NCBI GenBank assembly: GCA_963705255.1
Contig: OY970061.1
Location: 64,001-128,000 of the forward strand
DNA: 64,000 nt
Reading direction: 5' to 3'
Source: an uncultured Methanoregulaceae archaeon
Lineage (GTDB): Archaea > Halobacteriota > Methanomicrobia > Methanomicrobiales > Methanospirillaceae
A program made the position numbers and the translations under genes. The notes beneath the pieces were generated by a model that was not told the DNA's origin, searched no databases, and was given only the letters and a program-made list of their open reading frames with translations. Below are positions 42,491 to 51,730 of the stretch, piece after piece. The stretch's first letter is position 1, and every line of letters begins with the position of its first letter.

Positions 42491-43603
42491 ATGTTACTCT
42501 CCCGGTCTCCCGGACGGCCGGTTCATCTTCTGCTGGTAGACGATGAGCCGCTGCTCCTCGAAGTCGGCAAGCTGTTTATCGAGCAGCACTTTCATATGGA
42601 TGTAACAACTGCTGAATCGGCAGCCGACGCCCTGGAAAAAATCGGCACAAGTACGTTTGATGTAGTCGTCTCCGATTACCAGATGCCGGAGATCGACGGG
42701 ATTGCGTTCCTGAAGATGATACGGAAGACTGCTCCTTTTCTGCCGTTCATCCTCTTCACCGGGAAGGGCAGGGAAGAAGTCGTCATCGATGCCATCAACC
42801 ACGGGGCGACCTTCTACATGCAGAAAGGCGGGGAACCGAAGGCGCAATATGCTGAACTTTCGCACAAGATCCGCCGTGCCGTGGACCAGTGCCGCTCCGA
42901 GTCCGCGCTTCGTGAAACGAATGACGTGCTGAACGCGATCCTTGCCGCATCGCCGAACGGGATCGCCCTCGTCCGGGAACGTACGCTCCAGTGGGTGAAT
43001 GATTCCCTCGCCCGGATGCTGGGATATTCGCCCGCAGACCTTGTCGGCATGCACATTTGCCGGCTCTACGAGAATGAAGAGACCTACCGGCAGATAGGAG
43101 GCCAGATCGTCAGCGACCTGAAAGAGACCGGCAGATCGAAAGTGACAACACGGTTCCTTCACCGCAGGGGATTTGCTATCGATTGCGAGATCCATATCGC
43201 GCCCCTTGACCGGGGTAATCTTCACTTCGGCCACATGATCATGATGACCGATATATCCCGGAAACTGGCTGCGGCGCGGGAACTCAAGAACATCGCGGTC
43301 TTCCCCCACCTCGAGCTTACGCCGGTCATCGAACTGAATATCAACGGCCGGATAACCTACTTCAACGATGCAGCAATCGAAGCCATGGTAGAATGCGGAA
43401 ACGGTGCCCGGCTCGAGTCGTTCATCCCGAAGGATATCCGCGGGATCCTGGCCGATATCGACCGGGCCATCCTTCATTCAGTATACCGTACCGTGAAGGT
43501 CGGACTTACCGAATTCCGGGTCCACGTCACTCTGAGTTCGCGGTTCCGGATCGCCAGGATCTCTGCCATTCATACCGGTAAGAGGCCCGAAGAAGACTCT
43601 TGA
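42491..43603 (+). CDS. Response regulator receiver + PAS domain protein
   Basis: LLVDDE, VVSDYQMPEIDG, FTGKGREEV, QKGG; PAS (WVNDSLARMLGYS). Confidence 0.85.
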   Translation: MLLSRSPGRPVHLLLVDDEPLLLEVGKLFIEQHFHMDVTTAESAADALEKIGTSTFDVVVSDYQMPEIDGIAFLKMIRKTAPFLPFILFTGKGREEVVIDAINHGATFYMQKGGEPKAQYAELSHKIRRAVDQCRSESALRETNDVLNAILAASPNGIALVRERTLQWVNDSLARMLGYSPADLVGMHICRLYENEETYRQIGGQIVSDLKETGRSKVTTRFLHRRGFAIDCEIHIAPLDRGNLHFGHMIMMTDISRKLAAARELKNIAVFPHLELTPVIELNINGRITYFNDAAIEAMVECGNGARLESFIPKDIRGILADIDRAILHSVYRTVKVGLTEFRVHVTLSSRFRIARISAIHTGKRPEEDS

Positions 43604-43690
43604 GCCTGATCGCGGGCGGCGGCCCGGTACCCCGGCTGCCAGATCCCATTGAATACCTTCATCAAACCTTCAGGCGATAGGTACGACAGA

Positions 43691-44971
43691 ATGGACCAGC
43701 AGAATTTTTTTACCAGTCTCAGGCCATCCCTGCTCGTGGTATTTCTCGGTACGCTTGTCGTGATGACCATTTTTGAGCTGGTCAAGCAGATTCTGGATCC
43801 CGGGATCACCGTGTGGGAATCCCACACCCTCACCATCCTGTTCACCAGCTGCCTTGCGATCGTCATAGCCTATTTCACCTTCCAGTCTCTCCATGCAGCG
43901 CACCAGACAGCATCGGAAGAGCTTGCGAAGAGGATTGCCGCCGAGAACCTCCTGAGGACGTCTGAAGCCCGGTACCGCTCGTTTGTTGAGTCTGCCGATG
44001 AATCGATCTATACGGTCGATCCCGAGGGAAAGTACCTGCTGATGAATACCCATCATCTCGAACGGCAGGGAATTTCTTCCGGGGAATTCCAGGGAAAAAC
44101 GTATGCCGATCTTCATTCCCGTGAAGAGACCGGGCGGTTTTCGGCCCTTGTTAAAAAAGTGATCAGCACCGGATCTTCCCTTCAGGATGAGTACGGGCGG
44201 AAGGGGAGATATTTTCTCCGGCAGCTGAACCCGGTCATCGACCCGGCATCCGGCGAGGTCATTGCCGTAACCGTGATCTCAAGCAACATAACCGAAAGAA
44301 AACAGGCAGAGAAGGCGATCCTTGAGGCCAACCGGAAACTCAACCTCATGAACAATGTAACCCGGCACGATATCCTCAACCAGCTCTCCGCCCTTTCCGG
44401 GTATCTGGTACTGGGGAAAGAGCAGAATGACATAACAAAATCCCGGGAATTCTTTGAGAAATGTGAACGCGCTGCAGATACCATCCGCTCCCAGATCTCC
44501 TTCACAAAGGAATATCAGGATATCGGAGTGCATGCCCCCGAGTGGCAGGACCTGCACGAAACCATCGAGCGTTCACGGGGATTGCTCGTACTTGGCACTA
44601 TCCAGCTGCAGAATGACTGCGCCGGGTACGAACTCTATGCCGATCCTCTCCTCAAGAAGGTCTTTTACAACCTGGCTGACAACGCCCTCCGGTATGCAGT
44701 CCCGTTCACCCGCATCCGTTTTTCATGCGAGCAGCACCGGGGATCTCTCGTAATCATCTGCGAAGACGATGGAGCCGGGATTCCCCCTGAGGAAAAAATC
44801 CGGATCTTCCAGAGGGGATACGGGAAAAATACCGGGTACGGGCTCTTTCTCATCAGGGAGATCCTTTCGATCACCGGTCTCACCATATCAGAAACCGGGG
44901 AACCGGGGAAAGGTGCACGGTTCGAGATTGTGGTTCCGGAAGGCAGTTACCGGGCAGCAAGTGAAAAATAA
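43691..44971 (+). CDS. Membrane PAS sensor histidine kinase
   Basis: Two TM helices, PAS, TRHDILNQL H-box, NLADNALRY, EDDGAGIP, GYGLFL. Confidence 0.9.
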   Translation: MDQQNFFTSLRPSLLVVFLGTLVVMTIFELVKQILDPGITVWESHTLTILFTSCLAIVIAYFTFQSLHAAHQTASEELAKRIAAENLLRTSEARYRSFVESADESIYTVDPEGKYLLMNTHHLERQGISSGEFQGKTYADLHSREETGRFSALVKKVISTGSSLQDEYGRKGRYFLRQLNPVIDPASGEVIAVTVISSNITERKQAEKAILEANRKLNLMNNVTRHDILNQLSALSGYLVLGKEQNDITKSREFFEKCERAADTIRSQISFTKEYQDIGVHAPEWQDLHETIERSRGLLVLGTIQLQNDCAGYELYADPLLKKVFYNLADNALRYAVPFTRIRFSCEQHRGSLVIICEDDGAGIPPEEKIRIFQRGYGKNTGYGLFLIREILSITGLTISETGEPGKGARFEIVVPEGSYRAASEK

Positions 44972-45175
44972 ACCTGGTCGGCCTGTCAACGGAGGCAGGT
45001 CAATCTGAGCAAAATGCTCTGCGGAACCTGCGTATCCATCGCAGTGTTTTTTACTCCCCGGCCCCAAATCTGACCGCGAATGCGGAATTTTTATCTCTTC
45101 TACGCGGCGTAAAACCACATCCGTCAGGGAAACGATCCCCCTGCTGAGCTTGTTTCGACAGACTGGATTTACTCT

Positions 45176-45445
45176 TCACTCCGTCTCCCCTGCGACGATC
45201 CTTCTCGTCATGGTGACGATCCACTTCCGGTTCAGGTACAGGTGGATGAATACCAGCACTCCCAGGAGGATACCCGACTGGTCGTGGAGGTCGGACAGGA
45301 ATGCAGAGGGCAGGACCACGTTGTTCAGCCCCGACAGCTGCAATAACACGGTATATTTGAGGAGCCCGGTCACAAAGCAGACCAGGAACGCAATTCCCAT
45401 CAGGAGATCAACCGCCCATATGAGAATCTGGGGTTTCATCGCCAC
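45176..45445 (-). CDS. DUF4405-like small membrane protein (cytochrome b-like His pair)
   Basis: VTGLLK, LHDQSG...HLYLNRKWI. Confidence 0.75.
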   Translation of the reverse strand: MAMKPQILIWAVDLLMGIAFLVCFVTGLLKYTVLLQLSGLNNVVLPSAFLSDLHDQSGILLGVLVFIHLYLNRKWIVTMTRRIVAGETE

Positions 45446-45504
45446 TCATCTTTCCCGTTCCATGGTATGGGGCGGGAGATAATGGATGTTTGGAAAGTGG
45501 CAGG

Positions 45505-46248
45505 TCACCAGTTGGGCATGGGGAACCCTTTTGCCATGAACGCTGACCCGATCTCGCGCTTCAGCTGTTGGATCCGGTCTTCGCTGGACCGCGTGGTCAT
45601 CACCATCTGTTCGATGACCTTCTTTGCCTCGCTGTTGGTGATCTCCTCCCGCACCGGCCCCCGGTAGGTCTTCTCCAGCATGCCGATCAGTTTCCGGTTG
45701 ACCGATACGCGCTTGGAGAGTTTGGCAAATTCGCAGAACATCTCCTTGTCAACCCCCGCTTTCTTCGCAAGCACGATTGATTCCTCGATCTTCCGCTTCC
45801 GCAACAGCACCTGCTCGACCGCAGCATAGAGATCGTTCTGGCCGAACGGCTTCATGACATAGTCCTCGATGCAGATGTTGTACTGCCGTGCCTCGGCAGG
45901 CGTGATCGCCATGCCGGTCAGGATCAGGGTGGGAATGGTTTTGGTCCGGGGGTCTTTCTTGATGTGTTCAAGCGTCTTCCACCCGTCCATGGGGGCCATC
46001 AGGACATCGAGAAGTATGACCCCGGGGCGCTCTTTTTTCAGGATATCGAGGCACTCCTGCCCGCCCGATGCAATGATGCTGGGGTAGCCTTTCCTGTCGA
46101 GGAAGAGCTTGATAAGATAGGAAATATCCGGGTCGTCATCGACGATGAGGATCATCTCTTTTTCCGACCGCCCGGCTTCCTCTCCCGTAAACAGCGTCCT
46201 GACTGCGTCCATATAACGGGACATCCGGTTCTGCGGGGGAGCTTCCAT
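45505..46248 (-). CDS. Response regulator receiver protein with C-terminal extension
   Basis: ILIVDDDP, ILLDVLMAPMDGW, YVMKPF. Confidence 0.85.
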   Translation of the reverse strand: MEAPPQNRMSRYMDAVRTLFTGEEAGRSEKEMILIVDDDPDISYLIKLFLDRKGYPSIIASGGQECLDILKKERPGVILLDVLMAPMDGWKTLEHIKKDPRTKTIPTLILTGMAITPAEARQYNICIEDYVMKPFGQNDLYAAVEQVLLRKRKIEESIVLAKKAGVDKEMFCEFAKLSKRVSVNRKLIGMLEKTYRGPVREEITNSEAKKVIEQMVMTTRSSEDRIQQLKREIGSAFMAKGFPMPNW

Positions 46249-46332
46249 GAGCTGATACTGAGTATCCCGATTGACAATAAAAATGTTATTATAATTCCAT
46301 AGCGCCGCAGGAAACTCTTCCTCACGGGATGG

Positions 46333-46827
46333 CTATCGCTCCCGCAGTTCCCGCCCGATCCGTTCGGAAATATGCTTCCCGTGCGATCCGTTCCAGTAGA
46401 GTTTCCCGCACTGTCCGCACCAGAAGAAGGTGAGTCCGGTCCTGTCCCGGGGGGCATAGTCCGAACCGGCAATCTCCGCTTCGTCCGCGTCGCGCAGGGG
46501 AGTGTTGCAGAGCGAGCACCGGCTCAGGTCCAGCCGCCGCCTCGCAAACCCGAGGTCGATCAGTTGTTGCACCTGCTCCATCACGTTCTCGGAGATGATG
46601 AAGACGGCCTGCTCTCTCCCGCGCCGGGCGAGTTCTGCGTCCCGTGTGAGGAGGACCCGGTGCTCCTGCCGTGCCATGTCGAGGAGCAGGGTGTCCTCTT
46701 TACTGTTCCCGGCGGCAAGCCTGTTTGCGCTCGTGGTGTCATAGCCCATGAACCGGAGGTAGCGGGTCAGGGTGCCCAGCATCCGGTCGGCGATGAACCG
46801 GGTCTCCGTGGAGGTATCAGCCGGCAT
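46333..46827 (-). CDS. Mut7-C RNase domain protein (DUF82)
   Basis: FIADRMLGTLTRYLRFMGYDT, LLTRD, RCSLCN, CGQCGKLYWNGSH. Confidence 0.9.
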   Translation of the reverse strand: MPADTSTETRFIADRMLGTLTRYLRFMGYDTTSANRLAAGNSKEDTLLLDMARQEHRVLLTRDAELARRGREQAVFIISENVMEQVQQLIDLGFARRRLDLSRCSLCNTPLRDADEAEIAGSDYAPRDRTGLTFFWCGQCGKLYWNGSHGKHISERIGRELRER

Positions 46828-47830
46828 GCCGCACGATCTCGATGGTTTCCCCGCATTTCCTGCACTGCTGCCCTTCGAGCTCCCGGAACCGGCTCGAGAA
46901 CCCCTGGCGCTCGATGAGGATCTCCCCGCACGACGGGCAGTACGTGTTCTCGTACTCGTGGTGGTACACGTTCCCGAGGTACGGGAAGCGGAGCCCGAGT
47001 TCTTTCGCCTTCCGGTAGATCTTCTCGAGTGTGGCGACCGGGGTCGCCCCGCGGTCGGTCATCTTGTAATCCGGGTGGAATGCCGAGAAGTGCATGGGGG
47101 TTGCAGGCCCGAGGTGTTCGATCACCCACAGGATCAGGTCCTTCATCTCGTCCATGCCGTCATTGAGGCCGGGGATGACGAGGGTGACGGTCTCGACGTG
47201 CATGCCGAGCTCGCGTGCGAGGGCCGCTGAATCGAGCACCGGCTGGAGCCGGGCGCCGCAGACCTTCCGGTAAAAGTCGTCGCTGAACGCCTTGAGATCG
47301 ACCCGGTACGCCCCGAGCATGGGGGCGAGCTCCCGCAGGACCTCTTCGGTGATGTAGCCGTTCGTCACGTACACGGTGCCAAGTCCCTTCTTTTTTGCCA
47401 GCATGCCCATGTCGAGGGGGTACTCGTGCCAGATCGCGGGCTCGTTATAGGTCCACGAGATGCTCCCGCTCCCGCTTTCCCGTGCACGGCTCACCCCTTC
47501 TTCCGGGGAGAGGTCGTGGAGCACCGCCCCTTTGAGTTCAGCCCTCGAGATATGCCAGTTCTGGCAGTGCTCGCAGTGGAAGTTGCACCCCACGCTGCCA
47601 AGTGAATAGGACAATGTCCCGGGCAGGTAGTGGAACAGGGGTTTCTTCTCGATCGGGTCGACGGCCTCCGCGCTGATCTTCCCGTACGTTGCCGCGTAGA
47701 GCGTGCCCTGTTCGTTGATGCGGACCCCGCAAATCCCGTGCTTTCCCTCTTGTATCGTGCAGCGGTGGTTGCAGAGGGAACATTTCACTGTCCTGTTCTC
47801 AAGTTTTGCATACTGGAGGGCTTCGTGCAT
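46817..47830 (-). CDS. amrS: AmmeMemoRadiSam system radical SAM enzyme
   Basis: CSLCNHRC..GICGVR, DPIEKKPLFH, GCNFHCEHCQNW.IS, TYNEP, C-terminal CPSCG; ATG at 47830 (the upstream ORF extension runs through a repeat). Confidence 0.9.
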   Translation of the reverse strand: MHEALQYAKLENRTVKCSLCNHRCTIQEGKHGICGVRINEQGTLYAATYGKISAEAVDPIEKKPLFHYLPGTLSYSLGSVGCNFHCEHCQNWHISRAELKGAVLHDLSPEEGVSRARESGSGSISWTYNEPAIWHEYPLDMGMLAKKKGLGTVYVTNGYITEEVLRELAPMLGAYRVDLKAFSDDFYRKVCGARLQPVLDSAALARELGMHVETVTLVIPGLNDGMDEMKDLILWVIEHLGPATPMHFSAFHPDYKMTDRGATPVATLEKIYRKAKELGLRFPYLGNVYHHEYENTYCPSCGEILIERQGFSSRFRELEGQQCRKCGETIEIVRHAG

Positions 47831-47905
47831 GGGTATCTCCGGATGGAGGATCGTTCTTCCTGAACATGAAGATATGGGTGCTGTGGGGTACTCTTCCGTT
47901 TCCGT

Positions 47906-48412
47906 TGAAAATCGTATTATTCGGATATCACTGGAGGGTGGTTTCTCTTTTATCTTTGCGATGAACGCCGCCGCACTCGAAGAACTCTGACGAGTTCTTC
48001 TCATCCTAGAGGTCCTGATGAACCTCTTCGGTGTCGAAGATTGATATCTTCTCACCAGCCTTCGACTGCCCCAACGGGGAGCCACCGTAACCAGATGGTC
48101 AGGGGTAGCTGGAGAAAATTCTCTGAAAGAGAATTTTCAACTCGCTCCGCGGCGGTTCAACCTCCTTGCCCCGCCGTGCTCGAAGAATTCTGGCGATTTC
48201 TTCTCATCCTCGGGGTTCTGATAAACCCCTTCGGAACTCGAAGTTCCTGCGAACTTCTCACACTTCGCGGTTCTGACGAACCACTCATAAGTCGAAGTTG
48301 CACTTCTCCACAGCCCTGCGGGCTGTCCTCGGAGAGGTCCTGAGGCGGGGAGTTCTCGTAACTGAACGATTATCATGGTTTCGGAGTGAATTCGATTGAT
48401 TCATGTCTGTTT
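47906..48412 (-). repeat. Hairpin-chain element, copy E (full length; loop 1 cargo differs from copy B)
   Basis: Reverse complement carries the scaffold blocks of A/B; loop 2 is similar to B; loop 1 contains ACAGCCC-gca-GGGCTGT, GAAGT-gca-ACTTC, GGTTC-gtca-GAACC, GAAGTTC-gcag-GAACTTC, GGGGTTT-atca-GAACCCC. Confidence 0.9.
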
Positions 48413-48588
48413 TCGTTGAGAAGAGTCCCTGGCCGAACAGCAGTAAATATCCGAAACCCGCTGATCCGGGCCGCCAGGGAAACGGACGGCAGATGTACCG
48501 GAAAAGGCCGCCGTTTACCCGGAAGAAAACCTTTTCCCTGTCCCTGCAAAAATACCAGTATGGTTCGGAAGCGGGAAGGGAGGACCCT

Positions 48589-50316
48589 ATGAGCTGGCAG
48601 TACTCCCCCCTTGCGCTTGTCCTTGCGATTTCAGCAGTTCTTCTCGGGTCATTCACGCTCTTTGCATGGAAACGCCGCCATATCCCGGGGATAATCCCGG
48701 TTCTTGTTCTCTTCGCTGCCGCAACAGTCTGGCTGGGCACATCCGCGTTCTCGCTGGCGCATACTGATCTCACAACAGCAATCTCGATGGACCGGCTGGC
48801 GTATCCTGCAATCGTCACCATCCCCGTTGCGTACCTGCTCTTTGCACTCTGGTATACCGAGCATGACAACCGGCCTTCCCGTCTCTTCCTTGCGCTCCTT
48901 TTCGTGATCCCGGTCCTGTCGGTCTGCCTTGTTCTGACGAATGATTTTCACCACCTGTATTATACCGGCTTTTCTGCCATCGGGGGCCCGAGGAATTCTC
49001 TTATCTGGACATTCAGCCGCGGCCCGCTCTTCTGGATCACCGCGTCCTACTCGTTTGTCCTTATCCTGACGGCGTTCCTCCTCTTTGTTCTCCGCTACCG
49101 GACAGTGGGAACGCTGTTCCGTACCCAGATATACCTTATCCTTGCAGCGGGTTCTGTCCCCTTTCTTGCAACCCTTTTCTATATCTTCGACCTCGGACCC
49201 GATCCTGGGTTCGACTGGACCCCGGTTACCTTCGTGATCTCGGGCTTTGCACTCATTGCTGCAACGCTCAACTTCGAGCTCTTTTCCCTGCAGCCCCTGA
49301 CGCATTCCCTCCTCGTAAAGACGATGAAGGATGGCGTTGTTGCTACAAATGCGGACGGCCGCATAACGCTCATCAACCCTGCCGGAACAGCTCTGCTCGG
49401 GGTATCTGAAGACGAGGGGGTGGGCCGGCAACTGGCCAGATGCGTGCCAGGACTGGCACGCTTTGTCGCTCCTGCCGGGACACCGGGAGTGGAGGGGGGC
49501 GAGATCACGCTTCCAGCCCGGGGTTCCCCCCGCATCTATGACGTCCAGACCGTTACCATCCCGTCTGAAGGATATCATGAGGGAGGCCATATTCTTACGT
49601 TCCGCGACGTGACGGACAGGAAAAATGCCGAGACCGCTTTCCGGAAGGCGAACTCCCAGCTCAACCTCCTCTCCAGCATCATCCGGCACGATGTGAAGAA
49701 CAAGCTGACCGCCCTCTTCATCTACCTCGACCTCGCTTCAGACCAGGAGGTGGGGAACGGGCAGGGGGAAGACCTCGCAAAAGCACGCGGTTCGGCAGAA
49801 GGGATCCTGACCCTTGTCGATTTTACCCAGAAATACCAGGACCTCGGTGTTGCCGCGCCGTCCTGGCAGAACGTCGGGGAGCTCCTGAAGGAAGCAGCGG
49901 GCCATCTCGATTGTTCCGGTGTCCGGATCGTTGACGATACCCGGGGGCTTGAACTGCTCGCAGACAAGCTCTTCGAGAGGGTGATCTACAACCTCCTCGA
50001 CAACGCGCTCAGGTATGCACACGGGATGCAGACATTTTCCGTCAGGTACACCCTGAAGGACGGGGCCCTCGTCCTCTATGCGGAAGATGACGGCCCGGGA
50101 GTTCCGGCCGGTGAGAAGAAACGGATCTTTGAGCGGGGGTTCGGGAAAAATACCGGGCTCGGGCTCTTCCTCGTCAGGGAGATCCTCGGGATAACGGGAA
50201 TAACAATCCGTGAGAGCGGAGAACCGGGGAAGGGGGCGAGGTTCGAAATGACGGTCCCTCCGGGAGCGTTCCGGTTTTCAGGGCAGGACGCGACCGGCGG
50301 GGTCCTGCCCGGCTGA
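48589..50316 (+). CDS. HisKA_7TM-PAS sensor histidine kinase
   Basis: 7TM N-terminus (LVLTNDFHHLYY, RGPLFW), PAS, IRHDVKNKL, NLLDNALRY, EDDGPGVP, GLGLFL. Confidence 0.9.
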   Translation: MSWQYSPLALVLAISAVLLGSFTLFAWKRRHIPGIIPVLVLFAAATVWLGTSAFSLAHTDLTTAISMDRLAYPAIVTIPVAYLLFALWYTEHDNRPSRLFLALLFVIPVLSVCLVLTNDFHHLYYTGFSAIGGPRNSLIWTFSRGPLFWITASYSFVLILTAFLLFVLRYRTVGTLFRTQIYLILAAGSVPFLATLFYIFDLGPDPGFDWTPVTFVISGFALIAATLNFELFSLQPLTHSLLVKTMKDGVVATNADGRITLINPAGTALLGVSEDEGVGRQLARCVPGLARFVAPAGTPGVEGGEITLPARGSPRIYDVQTVTIPSEGYHEGGHILTFRDVTDRKNAETAFRKANSQLNLLSSIIRHDVKNKLTALFIYLDLASDQEVGNGQGEDLAKARGSAEGILTLVDFTQKYQDLGVAAPSWQNVGELLKEAAGHLDCSGVRIVDDTRGLELLADKLFERVIYNLLDNALRYAHGMQTFSVRYTLKDGALVLYAEDDGPGVPAGEKKRIFERGFGKNTGLGLFLVREILGITGITIRESGEPGKGARFEMTVPPGAFRFSGQDATGGVLPG

Positions 50317-50393
50317 TGGTAGTACCGCTGCCGGCGTGAAGGGGCTCATTCTTTCGGTAAATGGAGGTCGGATCCTGAGGGCAGTGCTGACTG

Positions 50394-50549
50394 TCAGGGA
50401 TTTTCCGGTTCGGTATCTTCGGGAGAAGTATCAGCCTCAAGGACAAACGACCCCCGGTACCCGCATTTCTTGCAGAGGTATACCTGTCCGATGTACCCGC
50501 CGGCCACCGGAAAGATCTGGTCGCTTTTACAGGAAGGGCAGTAGAGCAT
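50394..50549 (-). CDS. Small zinc-ribbon protein
   Basis: MLYCPSCKS...YLCKKCGYRG; divergent from pyrH. Confidence 0.7.
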   Translation of the reverse strand: MLYCPSCKSDQIFPVAGGYIGQVYLCKKCGYRGSFVLEADTSPEDTEPENP

Positions 50550-50592
50550 GGTCAACAACTCTATATGAGCACCCGGTACAAAAACTAGTGCA

Positions 50593-51297
50593 ATGAAGAA
50601 GGTTGTCATCTCGCTGGGCGGCTCCATCCTGATCCCGTCCCTCGAAAACCATACGATCAGGGAATACGTTCCCGTCCTGAGGAAGATCGCAAAGCACTGC
50701 CGCCTCTACGTTGTCGTCGGGGGAGGTGGCGAGGCCCGCAGGTACATCAGCATCACCCGCGAACTCGGGATCGACGAGGGCACATCCGATGAGGTCGGCA
50801 TCCTCGTTACCCGGCTGAACGCGACCATGCTGATCGCGGCCCTTGGCGAAGACGCGTACCCGAAAGTGGCGGAGAGCCACGCGGAGGCAAAGAAGTTCGG
50901 GGAGTCGGGAAAGATCGTGGTGATGGGGGGTATCACTCCCGGCCAGACGACCGATGCGGTGGCAGCGGTCCTCGCCGAACGGGTCGGTGCCGCGGTCTTC
51001 ATCAACGCGACCTCGGTGGACGGGATCTACACCGCCGACCCGAGGGAGGACCCGGACGCGACCCGGTTTGACGCGATGACACCGAAAAAACTGCTGGAGA
51101 TCGTGGGCGGCACCGCGCTTGGCGCCGGCTCGAACAACGTGCTGGATGTCGTCGCCGCACGGGTGGTGGAGAGGAGCCGCATCCCGCTCGTGGTCCTTGA
51201 CGGGCGCGAACCCAGGAACCTCTCGAATGCGGTCCTCAAGGGCAGATACCGGGGTACCGTAGTCTCGGACGGGGAGAAGAACCCGCTGCCTCTGTGA
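50593..51297 (+). CDS. pyrH: Uridylate kinase
   Basis: VVISLGGS, VVVGGGGEARRYI, GGITPGQTTDAVAA, TSVDGIYTADP. Confidence 0.95.
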   Translation: MKKVVISLGGSILIPSLENHTIREYVPVLRKIAKHCRLYVVVGGGGEARRYISITRELGIDEGTSDEVGILVTRLNATMLIAALGEDAYPKVAESHAEAKKFGESGKIVVMGGITPGQTTDAVAAVLAERVGAAVFINATSVDGIYTADPREDPDATRFDAMTPKKLLEIVGGTALGAGSNNVLDVVAARVVERSRIPLVVLDGREPRNLSNAVLKGRYRGTVVSDGEKNPLPL

Positions 51298-51420
51298 GAA
51301 ATAATCCTTCGGTTCTTCAAATCAGAAAAAATGAATGTTTTTTCCGCAGGAAAGATATTACCCGCACGAGTGATTTTTTGGAAAAAAGATGAAGGGCAGT
51401 GAATCAATATCTATCTCAAT

Positions 51421-51562
51421 AACTTCCCTGCCCCGCCGTGCTCGAAGTTCCTGCGAACTTCTCACACTTCGCGGTTCTGACGAACCACTCATAAGTCGAA
51501 GTTGCACTTCTCCACAGCCCTGCGGGCTGTCCTCGGAGAGGCTCTGAGGCGGGGAGCCCTCG
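51421..51562 (-). repeat. Hairpin-chain element, copy F (stem/loop 1 only)
   Basis: 51441-51541 is identical to 48237-48337; both scaffold arms present; lacks the 58-bp module at 48179-48236. Confidence 0.92.
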
Positions 51563-51648
51563 CTATATTTTTCGCGTAAATCTTTGATATGCAGAATCCA
51601 CATCTACCATACCCTTTTTTTATTCCCCCAGCCCATCTATGATGGCGC

Positions 51649-51723
51649 GGGGTAGTAGGGTAGCCTGGTCCATCCTAGAGCGTTTGGGACGCTTTGACGG
51701 CGGTTCGAATCCGCCCTACCCCA
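51649..51723 (+). tRNA. tRNA-Pro (TGG)
   Basis: Acceptor GGGGTAG/CTACCCC; anticodon arm GAGCG-TTTGGGA-CGCTT; T-loop GGTTCGAATCC. Confidence 0.95.
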
Positions 51724-51730
51724 TCGAGCT

